Positions 10,234 to 20,152 of a stretch of DNA of 64,000 nucleotides are shown here, one piece after another. Source of the DNA: Vicinamibacteria bacterium. GTDB lineage: Bacteria > Acidobacteriota > Vicinamibacteria > Vicinamibacterales > UBA8438. The stretch covers positions 65,492 to 129,491 of the forward strand of contig CAUZIB010000001.1 of NCBI GenBank assembly GCA_963579735.1. Reading direction: 5' to 3'. The position numbers were made by a program, and so were the translations under genes. Each line of letters begins with the position of its first letter. The first letter of the stretch is position 1. A model generated the notes under the pieces. It searched no databases. It was not told the DNA's origin and saw only the letters and a program-made list of their open reading frames with translations.

Positions 10234-10287
10234 ATCCGTGGCGATAACCGTCGCGAGTCACCAGGTCCATCGCACTGGCGCCTATGT

Positions 10288-11286
10288 TTACGGTTGTTGC
10301 TCGACTGCGGCTCGATCGTCGGCACGGGCGCCGGCTAGAATCCCGGGCATGCTGTAGTTCCCTTCGTGACACGCGTATTCGTACATCGGCACGTCGGTCC
10401 GTTTCAGTGGAATCGACGCCGACCACGGGCTGGACCAGGTCTCAGGATCGGTCACTGTATATTCGTAATCGAGCGTATCATCCGCAGCCCGTGTGAACCG
10501 CTCGACAAGGGTCATCGTCGGACTCGAACCACGCCACCCTCTCCGGTCGTTGAAGTTTGAGGTTTCCACGACCAGCGTGTTGCCCTCCCAGTGACCACGC
10601 GAGTCGCCTGACCACTGGCGAATGTCCTCGCTGAGCGCTGGTCGGCCGTTCAGTGGAACGACTCGATGGGTGTGTACCATCTCGGTCACGAGTACGACGT
10701 GGTCCGGCGTCTGCAGTATTTGAAGGTTTTGATTGTAGCCACCGGGCGTGATGGGAGGACCGGCGTTGAACCCCAGGATGCACCGGTCGTAGGCGGAGCG
10801 GTCATGCCAAGAATCTGCCGGGCTCTCCTCACGCCGTTGCCGACGCGCGTCCGCCGTCGTTTGACCGGCGTCTGTCAGCGCGGGCAGCCGACCGTTCAAT
10901 GGATCAATAATCAGCGAAGTCCGCCGCGTTCCGATGGGAGCGGTTCCCTGGTCCAGCCAAAAGTTGTTGTAGAAACCGGGCGTGCCATCGGCCCGCCGGT
11001 CCACGCTGCCGCCGGCGGTCGTCCGTTCAGCGGCACGGGTCAACAGGCGTTCGTTCCGGTCGAGTGTTTCTTGCTCGAGGCTCGCAGCTTCCTCCGCCGT
11101 CAGGAACGCGGTGTCTCCCAGCTCCTCTGGTCGCTCGAGTGGGGTGATGGTCCGAAAGTCCCAGATCCCCTGGACGTCCGGATGCCCCCACGGGGTGGTA
11201 GGCGCGGCGGTTTGCGCCCCACCCGGAACCGCCATGAACACTACGGCGGCGGTCATAGCCAAACCTACGAGAAATCGTTGCTTCAT
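10288..11286 (-). CDS. secreted conserved hypothetical protein, 'ACHEGNYSMP' C-terminal motif (paralog 1)
   Basis: ATG at 11286 with AAGGGGGA upstream. Signal peptide MKQRFLVGLAMTAAVVFMAVPGGAQT. Motifs WGHPDVQGIWDF, LIIDPLNGRLPALT, WEGNTLVVETSNF, YEYACHEGNYSMPGILAGARA. Clear paralog of 12081-13007. Confidence 0.7.
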   Translation of the reverse strand: MKQRFLVGLAMTAAVVFMAVPGGAQTAAPTTPWGHPDVQGIWDFRTITPLERPEELGDTAFLTAEEAASLEQETLDRNERLLTRAAERTTAGGSVDRRADGTPGFYNNFWLDQGTAPIGTRRTSLIIDPLNGRLPALTDAGQTTADARRQRREESPADSWHDRSAYDRCILGFNAGPPITPGGYNQNLQILQTPDHVVLVTEMVHTHRVVPLNGRPALSEDIRQWSGDSRGHWEGNTLVVETSNFNDRRGWRGSSPTMTLVERFTRAADDTLDYEYTVTDPETWSSPWSASIPLKRTDVPMYEYACHEGNYSMPGILAGARADDRAAVEQQP

Positions 11287-11507
11287 ATGTCCCCCTTTGT
11301 CGTTACGACTCACAAACCTGCAACATCTCAGTCCACAGGCCTCCACGCGCGTCTGGCAGCCAGTGGTCACAGTCCTGGGGCGTTCGATCGAGAATCCGCG
11401 CCCATCTCGAGTGCTACGAACGACTTCTATTACGAGCGCCTACGCGTCCTGCCCCAGTGACACCTGTGGACAGTGGCAGAAAAAAGTGCACGCTCCGCGA
11501 CGGTCCA

Positions 11508-12041
11508 CTAGCAATCGCGTTCGTCCGGTGGAGCGCCTTCAAAGCGCTCGGTTGTCGCCGACAGCTGTACCACGATACCGTCCGGATCGGGCACGAGCAC
11601 ACTTGTCGACCCCGCCCGTTGTACGCCTTCAAATCCTGCGTCCTCCAGTTGCGACGCCACACGTTCCGCCTCAAAATTCTCGACCCCGATCCCAAAGTGG
11701 TCGATGTCACCCGCAACCGCGTCGGCCGCGGTTAAGCTGCAGTTGCCCCCATCGACCGGACACAAACTGATGAGACCACCATCGGGAAAATCGAGGGCAT
11801 AGGCGTCGCCGACAATGTATCGCCGCGCCGGCAATCCCAGGAGATCACGATAAAAGGTCTCGGACCGGGTAACATCGGTGACACCTACGTTCACATGATT
11901 CAAGCTGCGCGCTCTAACACCGCTTGTTTGGGCGGTCGCGGTTCGAGGCGCCGCCAGTACCGCGACAGCCGCCAGTAGCTGGCGACGGGTCAAACTCCCT
12001 TTTTCGTATTTCGTCAAAAGCCCGTCGAACGATTCACTCAT
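11508..12041 (-). CDS. VOC (glyoxalase/bleomycin resistance/extradiol dioxygenase) family protein with Tat signal
   Basis: ATG at 12041 is preceded by GGGAGGG. Twin-arginine signal SLTRRQLLAAVAVLAAPRTATA. VOC-type core LNHVNVGVTDVTRSETFYRDLLGL...IDHFGIGVENF. Confidence 0.7.
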   Translation of the reverse strand: MSESFDGLLTKYEKGSLTRRQLLAAVAVLAAPRTATAQTSGVRARSLNHVNVGVTDVTRSETFYRDLLGLPARRYIVGDAYALDFPDGGLISLCPVDGGNCSLTAADAVAGDIDHFGIGVENFEAERVASQLEDAGFEGVQRAGSTSVLVPDPDGIVVQLSATTERFEGAPPDERDC

Positions 12042-12080
12042 CGCGCCCTCCCGCGGTGCCATAGTCGTCCCAAAACCTCA

Positions 12081-13007
12081 TTATCGCGACCCGGCCCGGG
12101 CTGCCTCGCGTTCGATCGCTCGCGCGCCACTCAGGATGAGCGGCATGCTGTAGTTCCCCTCGTGACACGCGTTCTCGTAGACGGGACCCGTTCTCCGCGT
12201 AATAGGAAACGCGACGGTCCAAGGACCGGCGAAGGATTCCGGGTCATCCATCATGAACTCGAAGTCAATCGTCTCACGGTCCCCGATCCGAAAGCGCTCT
12301 ACCACCCGCATATTTGGTCCCGCGCCTTCCAGAGTCCATTGCCCGTTGAAGTTGGTGGTCTCAACCACCAGCGTGTCTCCCTCCCATTTGCCACGAGACC
12401 CGCCCTGCCACTGTCGTATGGGGGACGGCAATCGGGGTCGGCGTTCGGGATCGAGCGGAATAATTCGGACGTCGGAGTTCATTTCGTGAAGGATCACGAG
12501 ATGGTCGGGCGTCTGGAATATCTGGACGATTCTGTTTGGAGCCACGGCCATGAGCGGCACCGTGCGACCCATGATGCACCGCTCGTAGCGTTCTCGGTCC
12601 TCGGGACCGTCGGCCGGGCGCAACCGCGAGGGGCGTCCGTCGATATCTTGGCGACGTTCTGCTGCTGGAGTGCGTGCGGGAAGTCTGCCGTCAGCAGGAT
12701 CGATAAGCAACGAGGTCCGGCTGTCCGTCAACGCGCCGGGTTGCCACCAGTCGGCGTTGAGCTGCCGGTCGCGTTCACGAGCAATCGCCGCGAGCCGCCG
12801 AGGCAAGTACTCGGCTTCCTCCTCCTCTGTCAGGGCGGCTTTACCGGCCAGCTCTGCCGGTCGCTGGAGGGGTGTCGTCGTCCGAAACTCCCAGTAGCCG
12901 CTGAAGTCTGGAGTTCCCCACGCTGTTCGCGCGATCTCTGCGGTCTGCGCCCCCGCCAAAACCGGGACCAGCAGCAACATGCCGCACGTCGAGACAAACC
13001 TACGCAT
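12081..13007 (-). CDS. secreted conserved hypothetical protein, 'ACHEGNYSMP' C-terminal motif (paralog 2)
   Basis: ATG at 13007 is preceded by AGGAGG. Signal MRRFVSTCGMLLLVPVLAGAQT. Motifs WGTPDFSGYWEF, LLIDPADGRLPART, WEGDTLVVETTNF, YENACHEGNYSMPLILSGARA. Confidence 0.7.
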   Translation of the reverse strand: MRRFVSTCGMLLLVPVLAGAQTAEIARTAWGTPDFSGYWEFRTTTPLQRPAELAGKAALTEEEEAEYLPRRLAAIARERDRQLNADWWQPGALTDSRTSLLIDPADGRLPARTPAAERRQDIDGRPSRLRPADGPEDRERYERCIMGRTVPLMAVAPNRIVQIFQTPDHLVILHEMNSDVRIIPLDPERRPRLPSPIRQWQGGSRGKWEGDTLVVETTNFNGQWTLEGAGPNMRVVERFRIGDRETIDFEFMMDDPESFAGPWTVAFPITRRTGPVYENACHEGNYSMPLILSGARAIEREAARAGSR

Positions 13008-13018
13008 GGTTCCTCCTG

Positions 13019-13601
13019 TCAAAAGCCACGGTCACTGATTATGGCACTGGTTCGATGGCCACGCGGCGACAACCGATAACCCACGTCAAGACTTTCGGTA
13101 AGCCCCAGTCCTTTGAGCTTACGCACGTTGGTCTTGAAGGCCAGGGTCTCTGTCCCTAGAAGCTCGGCCAGCTCGGCCGCTCGTTGTGCGGGGCGGTCAC
13201 CGATTGTTTCGAGTACGCGAGTCGTCCACGGGCCTGAGGGACTGTGGGCATCGTATCGGTCCAGTCGCCGAATAACGCTCTGGAATTCTGCCTCGTCTTG
13301 GATTTCCTGCCGAAGCGCAATGCGGGGGTCCGCCCCGGCGAACGAGAGACGGATTCGATAGATATCGCCTACCCGTCCCGACAGCGCTGTTCGAAGCGCT
13401 TCGCCGTCGACGTATCCAGCGGCCTGGGCATCTGATTCGGAAATCTCGGAGGTCCACGCCCTGGACCGAATCTATCGAGAGCTCGCCAAGAGCCGTAAAA
13501 AGTGTGCCCCCAGCCTTTACGGTCGGACGCCGCCAACGCCGAAAGACCACGCTCACAGAACCGTCCCGGATGCCCGTGAGCCTCGCTTGCTTTAGCAGCA
13601 T
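13019..13601 (-). pseudogene. ASCH-domain plus winged-helix protein, one frameshift
   Basis: MLLKQARLTGIRDGSVSVVFRRWRRPTVKAGGTLFTALGELSIDSVQGVDLR is in one frame. From about 13445 the sequence continues in another frame with no start codon: EISESDAQAAGYVDGEALRTALSGRVGDIYRIRLSFAGADPRIALRQ...DRPAQRAAELAELLGTETLAFKTNVRKLKGLGLTESLDVGYRLSPRG. The stop is at 13019-13021. Confidence 0.6.
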
Positions 13602-14099
13602 CGTGTTGGTGCGTGGCGGCTCGAACGGCGAGTCGGTCGGGAGCATCGGCGAGCATCACCTCGATGTCCGACGCCCCAAGGATGATAGCCCGCGACGATT
13701 TTGCTGGCTACGCAACACCCGACGGGTCGACGCGGGCTCACTGAGCTAGAACATTGCCGAATTGCACGTAGGAAAGGCAGGCGGCCTTCTCGGAACACCG
13801 GGCACGGAAAGGCCGTACTGAGATGGCGAGAGATGGTAGGAGTTGAGCGGGGTCATGGAAACGTCTCCCAGTACGTCGACCGCTAGCCTCATCATGGGAA
13901 TACCGCCGCCAGGTATAGCCAAACGGCTAGCCGGCGAGGCGAGCGCGATTTTACGCAAGCGGATGCGGCCGCATCTTCGAAGCGTCGGCAATTCGGCGGG
14001 CCACGCGGCTGGGAGAAGACCGGAAGTAGACCAAAGCCAGACTCGCCTGACCGCGCTGAGAGAGCGGTCGGTATCTCTTCCGTCTGGCTCCATCGAGCC

Positions 14100-14660
14100 G
14101 CACAAGCTCGCTGTGTATTTGACGGCCTTTGACACACTCGACTCTCAGACGCAGAGCGCCTATGTCGCCAAGGTCGGCTACGGACACGACTACCCAGCCA
14201 TCGCCGCCGCGGTTGGCGCCCCTACCCCCTCAGACGCCCAAGATCTGGTCGGGCAAGCGGTCATGCAACTGAGCGGCTCGGTCCTGGGACTGTCTGAGAC
14301 GAATAGTACTCGTCTTGTCGAGCTCTTTGAGGCGACGGCACTAACGCCCAACCACGAACTCGCCGACGGTGATTTCGAGAAGAAAGCCCTTCGCGAGCTC
14401 GTCAACATCGCGAGCGTCGTCGCCCCGCACCGCCAGCCGGACGACGTCGGTCGGGGTGACCAGAACCCTCCCCGAGCGTGGGGAAAGACTTTCTGAGCGA
14501 TGCCCGAAAGCTGGCCCGCGTCCGTCATCACAATGTGGTCGTGGTGCATGGTGCTGAAGAACATGGCGGTCAGGTCGGAGTCTGGATGGAGCTTGTCGAG
14601 GGCAAGACACTCCGGGAGGAGATCACGTGGGGGCCAACCTTGCCGTGTGAAGGTCAGACC
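14100..14660 (+). pseudogene. remnant of a sigma-70-family / Ser-Thr protein kinase fusion gene
   Basis: A sigma region-4-like HTH (LDSQTQSAYVAKVGYGHDYPAIAAAVGAPTPSDAQDLVGQAVMQL) is followed, after a frame change, by kinase subdomains III-V only (FLSDARKLARVRHHNVVVVHGAEEHGGQVGVWMELVEGKTLREEI). There is no catalytic loop and no intact ends. Confidence 0.45.
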
Positions 14661-14836
14661 CGTGAGTGCGGTCTTCGAAGTCGGCGACGCCGTCGTCCAG
14701 GTCGCATTCAACGTGAGAATCTACGCCGACGGCTTTACGGCCGACCAGTTTGGAGTCGGCCCGCGCGTCGAGGTCGCCGACCAACCGACAGAGATCATAC
14801 GTGGCGTGACGTGCGACGTGGAGTAGTAAGCGACCT

Positions 14837-16201
14837 TCAGTCAGCCTCGTTTCGGATGCTGTATACCTTCGACTGGGTCCGGATCAGGAGTCGGTCACCC
14901 ACGATAGCGGGCGATGCCATCGCCATCTCGTCCAGGCTATTGACGCCAGTCACCTCAAACTCACGCCCCGCGCGGATCACATACGTATCGCCCTGCTCAC
15001 TCAGGGCAAAAACCTTCCCGTTATAGGCCCACGGTGACGACGTAAAACTCGACCCCACGCTGAGGCGCTGACGGCCATACACCGGGTCGCCGGTGAGGGC
15101 GTCGTAGGTTTCGAAGAACCCGCGGTCGAGAAGGCTGTAATAGATGTCCCCATACACGAGGGGCGACGTGTTGTAGTTCCCAGCCCTGGGCTGATACCAG
15201 GCGACGAAGTCATTGGCGACGTCTCCGTCTTCTAGCGAAATATCCCCGCTGGCGCCAGGCCGTATCGCGTAGGCGGGACGATGCTCGTCGCGGAAGTATC
15301 CCGAGTTGACATACACCAAGCCATGGCTCGAAAACGGCGTCGCGATTGTGGCCCAGGACATCTGTCCGTTCATTTCCCAGAGCAATCCACCGTCGAGGTC
15401 ATACGAACGAATGCGGTTGACGCCCGACGTGACGATCTCCGTACGACCGTCGTGCTCCCACACATACGGTGTGGCCCAGGTCGAGACCTCGTCCCGGGCG
15501 GTGCGCCAAATCTCCTCACCAGTTCGCTTGTCAAGCGCCGAGATCCACGACTCTTCTTCGTTGTCATACAGGATGATCAACTTCTCCTCGTGGACCACCG
15601 GAGACGACGCCGAACCCCACTCTGACCTGGTTTGTCGGTCAGGAATCGCCAGGCTCCATACTTCGTTGCCGTCCATATCGAACGTAAACAAACCTAGCTC
15701 GCCGAACCGGACGTACACGCGCTCACCGTCGGTCGTCGGCGTTTCGGAGGCGTAGCTGTTCTTCATGTGACGCGGAAATTCCGGAAAACCGAGTCTTACC
15801 GACCGTTGCCACACGACGTCGCCCGTCTCGAGGTCGAGACAATACACCCGCCAGTCATGCTCCAAAGGCACCGGGTCGGGACGCCCGTTGGGTGCGTAGA
15901 GCCCTGGCTTTGGCTGCTCGAAGTCACCTTCGGTGGTGACGGTCGTCAAGAAGACCCGATTGCCCCAAACCACCGGACTCGACCACCCAATACCCGGGAT
16001 CTCGGTGGCCCATTCCACGTTTTCGGTCGCGCTCCACTGTTCAGGGAGGTCCGGGTTATCCGCCACGGCGGCGTTCATCGTCGGCCCCCGGAAGTGTGGC
16101 CAGTTGTCGTTTGCAGCGGTTACCGCGATGGCCGCGCTGACCATCGCTGCCGTGGTGACTGCGACCGTAAAAGTGTGCGTGACTTTGAACGAGCGTGCCA
16201 T
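14837..16201 (-). CDS. PQQ-like (BamB-type) beta-propeller repeat protein, secreted
   Basis: 454 aa with AAGGAAG before the ATG and a signal/anchor segment. Starts NWPHFRGP...NVEWATEIPGIGWSSPVVWGNRVFLTT, followed by repeated 'G..vW' propeller blades. Confidence 0.8.
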   Translation of the reverse strand: MARSFKVTHTFTVAVTTAAMVSAAIAVTAANDNWPHFRGPTMNAAVADNPDLPEQWSATENVEWATEIPGIGWSSPVVWGNRVFLTTVTTEGDFEQPKPGLYAPNGRPDPVPLEHDWRVYCLDLETGDVVWQRSVRLGFPEFPRHMKNSYASETPTTDGERVYVRFGELGLFTFDMDGNEVWSLAIPDRQTRSEWGSASSPVVHEEKLIILYDNEEESWISALDKRTGEEIWRTARDEVSTWATPYVWEHDGRTEIVTSGVNRIRSYDLDGGLLWEMNGQMSWATIATPFSSHGLVYVNSGYFRDEHRPAYAIRPGASGDISLEDGDVANDFVAWYQPRAGNYNTSPLVYGDIYYSLLDRGFFETYDALTGDPVYGRQRLSVGSSFTSSPWAYNGKVFALSEQGDTYVIRAGREFEVTGVNSLDEMAMASPAIVGDRLLIRTQSKVYSIRNEAD

Positions 16202-16288
16202 CGGGTTCTTCCTTGCTTTCTCTGCGCGTCGCTTTCTCTTTGCGTATGAGGGTCTTTCTCCGGAAATGTTGACTGAGCCGGCTCGGTT

Positions 16289-16843
16289 CTACCGACCTGG
16301 CAACATGATGTGCGCGGCTGACATCCCCGCTTCCATGATCCAGGCGCCAGCCTGAGTGTAGCTACCTTGGTCGGGCAATCCGAGTGTTTCCGCCGTGGCG
16401 AATGGCACCGCCAACGTGATGTGCATACTCGCCGACTCAGCGTCCTCGCCGTTCAGGGTGTAGTAGAGGCTGCCAAACGCTGACACCTCTCTCGACCCGT
16501 CGGCTTCAGCCGCCTCGCGCATCGCCCGTATCTCGTCTGGGGTCTTACCCGACATGCTCCAGACGCGATTCTGCTTGATGCGGGACATATTCTCTTCGCT
16601 CGTGCACTGCACACTAAACGAGCGATTGGGTTCGTCCGAACGGTCCCAACAGACCAGGCCGTTTGTGCCCTCTCGAAGGACAGTCTCGGTGCCATCAGCC
16701 GCCAGCTCGATAACCATCGCGTTGGCCTGCAGCGCAGGTGGCGCCGCCATCGTGGCACGCGCAATCACGTCTTCGGCGGTCTGAGCGAACGAAACGGTCG
16801 AAACGACCGCAAAAAATAACGATGCGAGCAGGATTTTCTTCAT
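16289..16843 (-). CDS. secreted hypothetical protein
   Basis: ATG at 16843 is preceded by GGAGG. Signal MKKILLASLFFAVVSTVSFAQT. Coding-like composition throughout. No family recognised. Confidence 0.55.
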   Translation of the reverse strand: MKKILLASLFFAVVSTVSFAQTAEDVIARATMAAPPALQANAMVIELAADGTETVLREGTNGLVCWDRSDEPNRSFSVQCTSEENMSRIKQNRVWSMSGKTPDEIRAMREAAEADGSREVSAFGSLYYTLNGEDAESASMHITLAVPFATAETLGLPDQGSYTQAGAWIMEAGMSAAHIMLPGR

Positions 16844-17076
16844 ACGACGACCTCCAATTAGAGTCTCTGTCATCTCACCAAATGCGTCGTGCCGTCCGGA
16901 AGCGCACCGGGTCTTGCCACGGGGCGCGCATGGCAGGCGCCGCCTCGTCACCCGACCGCGGCTCCGCGTGCCCGCTGGCTATGACGTCGCGTGCCATGGT
17001 CAGCGCCCGGGCTCAACGCAAGCTCAGACGTCGCGTGCCGCCCCGCGCTGTAGCGCGGGGCGGCCGGGCTCAGACA

Positions 17077-18543
17077 TTACTGCCCAGCGCCCACAAACTC
17101 AGTGAATTGCGTCATCGGGGCAGGTCTCCCGTGTATCCCGACAATCGTCTCCACGTCGAGCCCCAGACGCTCGAGGTTTCGGCCCAGAGCGCGGGCGCTG
17201 GCATTTGGGGCTGCCGCCTGGGGGAAGTAGAGGTCGGCCTGCACGACGATCTTCTCACTCGGGAGATACGCGATCAGCATGCCCGCCGCGTGGCCCAGCC
17301 CTTGCACGTTGTAGATTTCCATCGTCCTCGTGTCGTCGGCGAGAACGTATTTTTCGCTCAAGGTCTCGAAGATATAGCCTTCCGACCATTCCTCCGGCGG
17401 ATACAGCGACAACCGGTCGGGGTTCAAGACCCAGAGTCCCGCCCGAAGGACCTCCTGATAGTAGGGTTTGTTGCCTTCATGCGTGACGACAGTCGCGCCT
17501 TCGTGGACGTAGGCGCGCAGTCCTCCCAGGTGATCCCAGTGATGATGCGTCGTCACGATGAACCGTATCGGCTTGCTCGGAATCAGCCGGGTCACCTCGT
17601 CGATCACTGCCAGTGACCGTTCTTCGTTCAGCGGGGCCTCGATGACCGCCACATGGTCCGCGAACTCGACGGCCACGCTGTGGTGAGAACCACCCGCGAT
17701 CAGCCATACGCCGTCGCCCAACGCTTCAGACTCCACGCGGACCGACGGTGCGCGAGCGCTCATGACATCGTCCGGCACGGTCAATGTCGCGGCGACGTTC
17801 GCCTGAAGGTCCGATACTGTTTCGAGACCAAATGCATGGTCGCCACCGCTGACATTCGGCAGGTTCGCGCCATCGTCATAGTCCTGATGCTGGTGAAACC
17901 GGGGAATCTGCACCCCGCCCACCTCGCGGTAATTTGTGTAGACGTTCTCGTAATACATGTCGCCCACGACCGGATTGGGAACCCACGTTTGCGTGCGCTC
18001 GAGCAGGCCGTCTGGGTTGATCGTGCCATTGACTCGATATTTCCCGAACGCAATGAACGAGACCACGGTCGACCTGCCTCCATATTCGTTGCGGGTAACC
18101 ATCGTGGGGTTGGCCCCCGGCGCCATCGCACCCTTGATGAATCCCCACGGAGTCAGCAAGATCTCGAGTCGCCTCAGCTCCGCATTCGCGGGCTGTGGAA
18201 CCGGCTCTCCTTGTGCGTTCAGGGTCCACGCGTAGTCGCCACTGACCAGATTCGTGACCTGGTTCGTGGTGCCCTCTCGAACGTACTCCTCTTTCGATGC
18301 CATCGTCTCGAAATCGATCGTCCTCGTGTAGCTCGTCAGCTCGACTCGGGGCCAATCGCGATCGGGTGCAACGTTTTGTCCCACGCGGCCTTGCCAGCCG
18401 GTACCGGTGTACTGAATCGAGGTCAAGTTCTCCATCCGCAGCGCCGTCGCGGCCGACTGTAAAACGCTTTGTACGTTCTGCGCTGTCGCAGACCCTGTCA
18501 TGAGCAGCATCAAACTGAGTGAGAGCCAAAATCGTGTTGTCAT
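17077..18543 (-). CDS. MBL-fold metallo-hydrolase with N-terminal extra domain, secreted
   Basis: 488 aa with GGAGGA before the ATG. Signal MTTRFWLSLSLMLLMTGSATA. Metallo-beta-lactamase motif IVTTHHHWDHLGGLRAYVHEGATVVTH. Confidence 0.8.
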   Translation of the reverse strand: MTTRFWLSLSLMLLMTGSATAQNVQSVLQSAATALRMENLTSIQYTGTGWQGRVGQNVAPDRDWPRVELTSYTRTIDFETMASKEEYVREGTTNQVTNLVSGDYAWTLNAQGEPVPQPANAELRRLEILLTPWGFIKGAMAPGANPTMVTRNEYGGRSTVVSFIAFGKYRVNGTINPDGLLERTQTWVPNPVVGDMYYENVYTNYREVGGVQIPRFHQHQDYDDGANLPNVSGGDHAFGLETVSDLQANVAATLTVPDDVMSARAPSVRVESEALGDGVWLIAGGSHHSVAVEFADHVAVIEAPLNEERSLAVIDEVTRLIPSKPIRFIVTTHHHWDHLGGLRAYVHEGATVVTHEGNKPYYQEVLRAGLWVLNPDRLSLYPPEEWSEGYIFETLSEKYVLADDTRTMEIYNVQGLGHAAGMLIAYLPSEKIVVQADLYFPQAAAPNASARALGRNLERLGLDVETIVGIHGRPAPMTQFTEFVGAGQ

Positions 18544-18689
18544 TAGTTCGTCCTCCGGTGGACGCGATTATGTCTCACCGGTGAAGTAAGTCAACAGGGT
18601 TCACAGACGATCGGCGGGTGAGACATCGCCGCAACGTGGCACAATGGGTCGAAAATCGGTCATGTCATTCGCAAACACGGGAGACCGGT

Positions 18690-19943
18690 ATGATGACTCA
18701 CTCCTCGCGTCGTCACTTTCTTCACACGGTCGCGGCCGGAACCGCCCTGGTGACCGGCCGCTCGTCAATCGCCTCTGCCCTCGCCCAGAGTCCGGCCGGC
18801 TCCGATGCCGCGTTTTGGGAGACAGTGCGCGCGCAGTTCTCGTTCACCGAGAACACAGTGCCGATGAACGCGGCCAACCTGTGCCCAGCGCCACGCGCGG
18901 TCGCCGACCGGCTGGAAGAGCTGACGAGAAGCGTGGATAGAGACTGCTCGTCGCAGAACCGGCGGCAGTTTACGTCTCTTCTCGAGCACTCTCGACACAA
19001 GGTCGCGGCGCAGCTCGGTGCGAGCCCGGACGAGATTGCCCTGGTCCGAAACACGAGCGAAGCCAACAACATCATCAACAACGGACTGCCGCTACAGGAC
19101 GGTGACGAGGTTGTCGTCTGGGACCAGAACCATCCGACCAATCACGTGGCCTGGCAGGTCAGGGGCGCTCGCTTCGGAATCCGCGTGGTCAGTGTTTCGA
19201 CGCCTCCGCAACCAACCGGCGTGGACGAGCTCGTGGGCGCATTCGAGCGGGCCATGACGCCACGCACACGAGTACTCGCCTTGACACACGTTTCGAATAC
19301 GACGGGGATCAAACTGCCCGTCCGGGAGCTGTCAGAGGTCGCCCGCAGCCGGGGCATCTACATACATCTCGATGGCGCGCAAACGTGGGGCGCGGTCAAT
19401 GTCGACCTCGACGATCTCGGCTGCGACTCCTACACCGCCAGTGTCCACAAGTGGTTTTGTGGTCCGCGCGAAGTCGGGCTGCTCTACGTCAAGGCGGAGC
19501 ACATCCAGGATATCTGGCCGGGAACGGTCGGAACTAACTGGGGCGATGATCTCGAACCAGACCCGGGGGGCGCACGGAAGTTCGAATCGCTCGGGCAGCG
19601 GGACGATGCGGCGCTCGCGGCCGTCGAGACCGCCGCGGACTTCCATGATGCGATTGGTCTCGACCGGACAGAGGCGCGGGTGACGGAGCTCGCCAGCATG
19701 CTGAAGGCGGGCCTGGTTGAAGCGGGCTACGCGCTCGTGACGCCGGAGAACCCCGACCTCAGCGCGGGCGTCTGTATTGCCAACGCCGCTGCAGAACAGC
19801 GCGGGCGTCTGGTCAACGGGCTATATGAGCAATACGGCATCGCTGGCGCGGGCACGGGTGGGCTTCGCTTGAGCCCACACGTCTACAACACGCCCGCACA
19901 CATTGCGCGTGCAATCGAGGGCGCAAACTCGTTAAGGGAGTAG
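18690..19943 (+). CDS. aminotransferase class V-fold PLP enzyme (cysteine desulfurase/epimerase-like) with Tat signal
   Basis: ATG at 18690 after GGGAGA. Twin-arginine signal MMTHSSRRHFLHTVAAGTALVTGRSSIASALA. PLP-lysine context YTASVHKWFCGPREVGLLYV. Also HVSNTTG and HLDGAQ. Confidence 0.75.
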   Translation: MMTHSSRRHFLHTVAAGTALVTGRSSIASALAQSPAGSDAAFWETVRAQFSFTENTVPMNAANLCPAPRAVADRLEELTRSVDRDCSSQNRRQFTSLLEHSRHKVAAQLGASPDEIALVRNTSEANNIINNGLPLQDGDEVVVWDQNHPTNHVAWQVRGARFGIRVVSVSTPPQPTGVDELVGAFERAMTPRTRVLALTHVSNTTGIKLPVRELSEVARSRGIYIHLDGAQTWGAVNVDLDDLGCDSYTASVHKWFCGPREVGLLYVKAEHIQDIWPGTVGTNWGDDLEPDPGGARKFESLGQRDDAALAAVETAADFHDAIGLDRTEARVTELASMLKAGLVEAGYALVTPENPDLSAGVCIANAAAEQRGRLVNGLYEQYGIAGAGTGGLRLSPHVYNTPAHIARAIEGANSLRE

Positions 19944-20152
19944 TGAAGCGTGGCATTCGGCGTGATGGTTCGGTGGCGTGCTCCTCGCTCGCTCCGTCGT
20001 GAGGCTTCTGGCGTCAGTGCCCAAGGGTCCGCCTCGAGCCGGGGCGCGGAGCCTTGCTGCTGCGAGCAGATGGTGGACCACGCGGCGCAGAGTGACCGTG
20101 ACCGATACATCCTCTGAATGCATGGCTTCTGGAACAATCCGGTACTACATCC

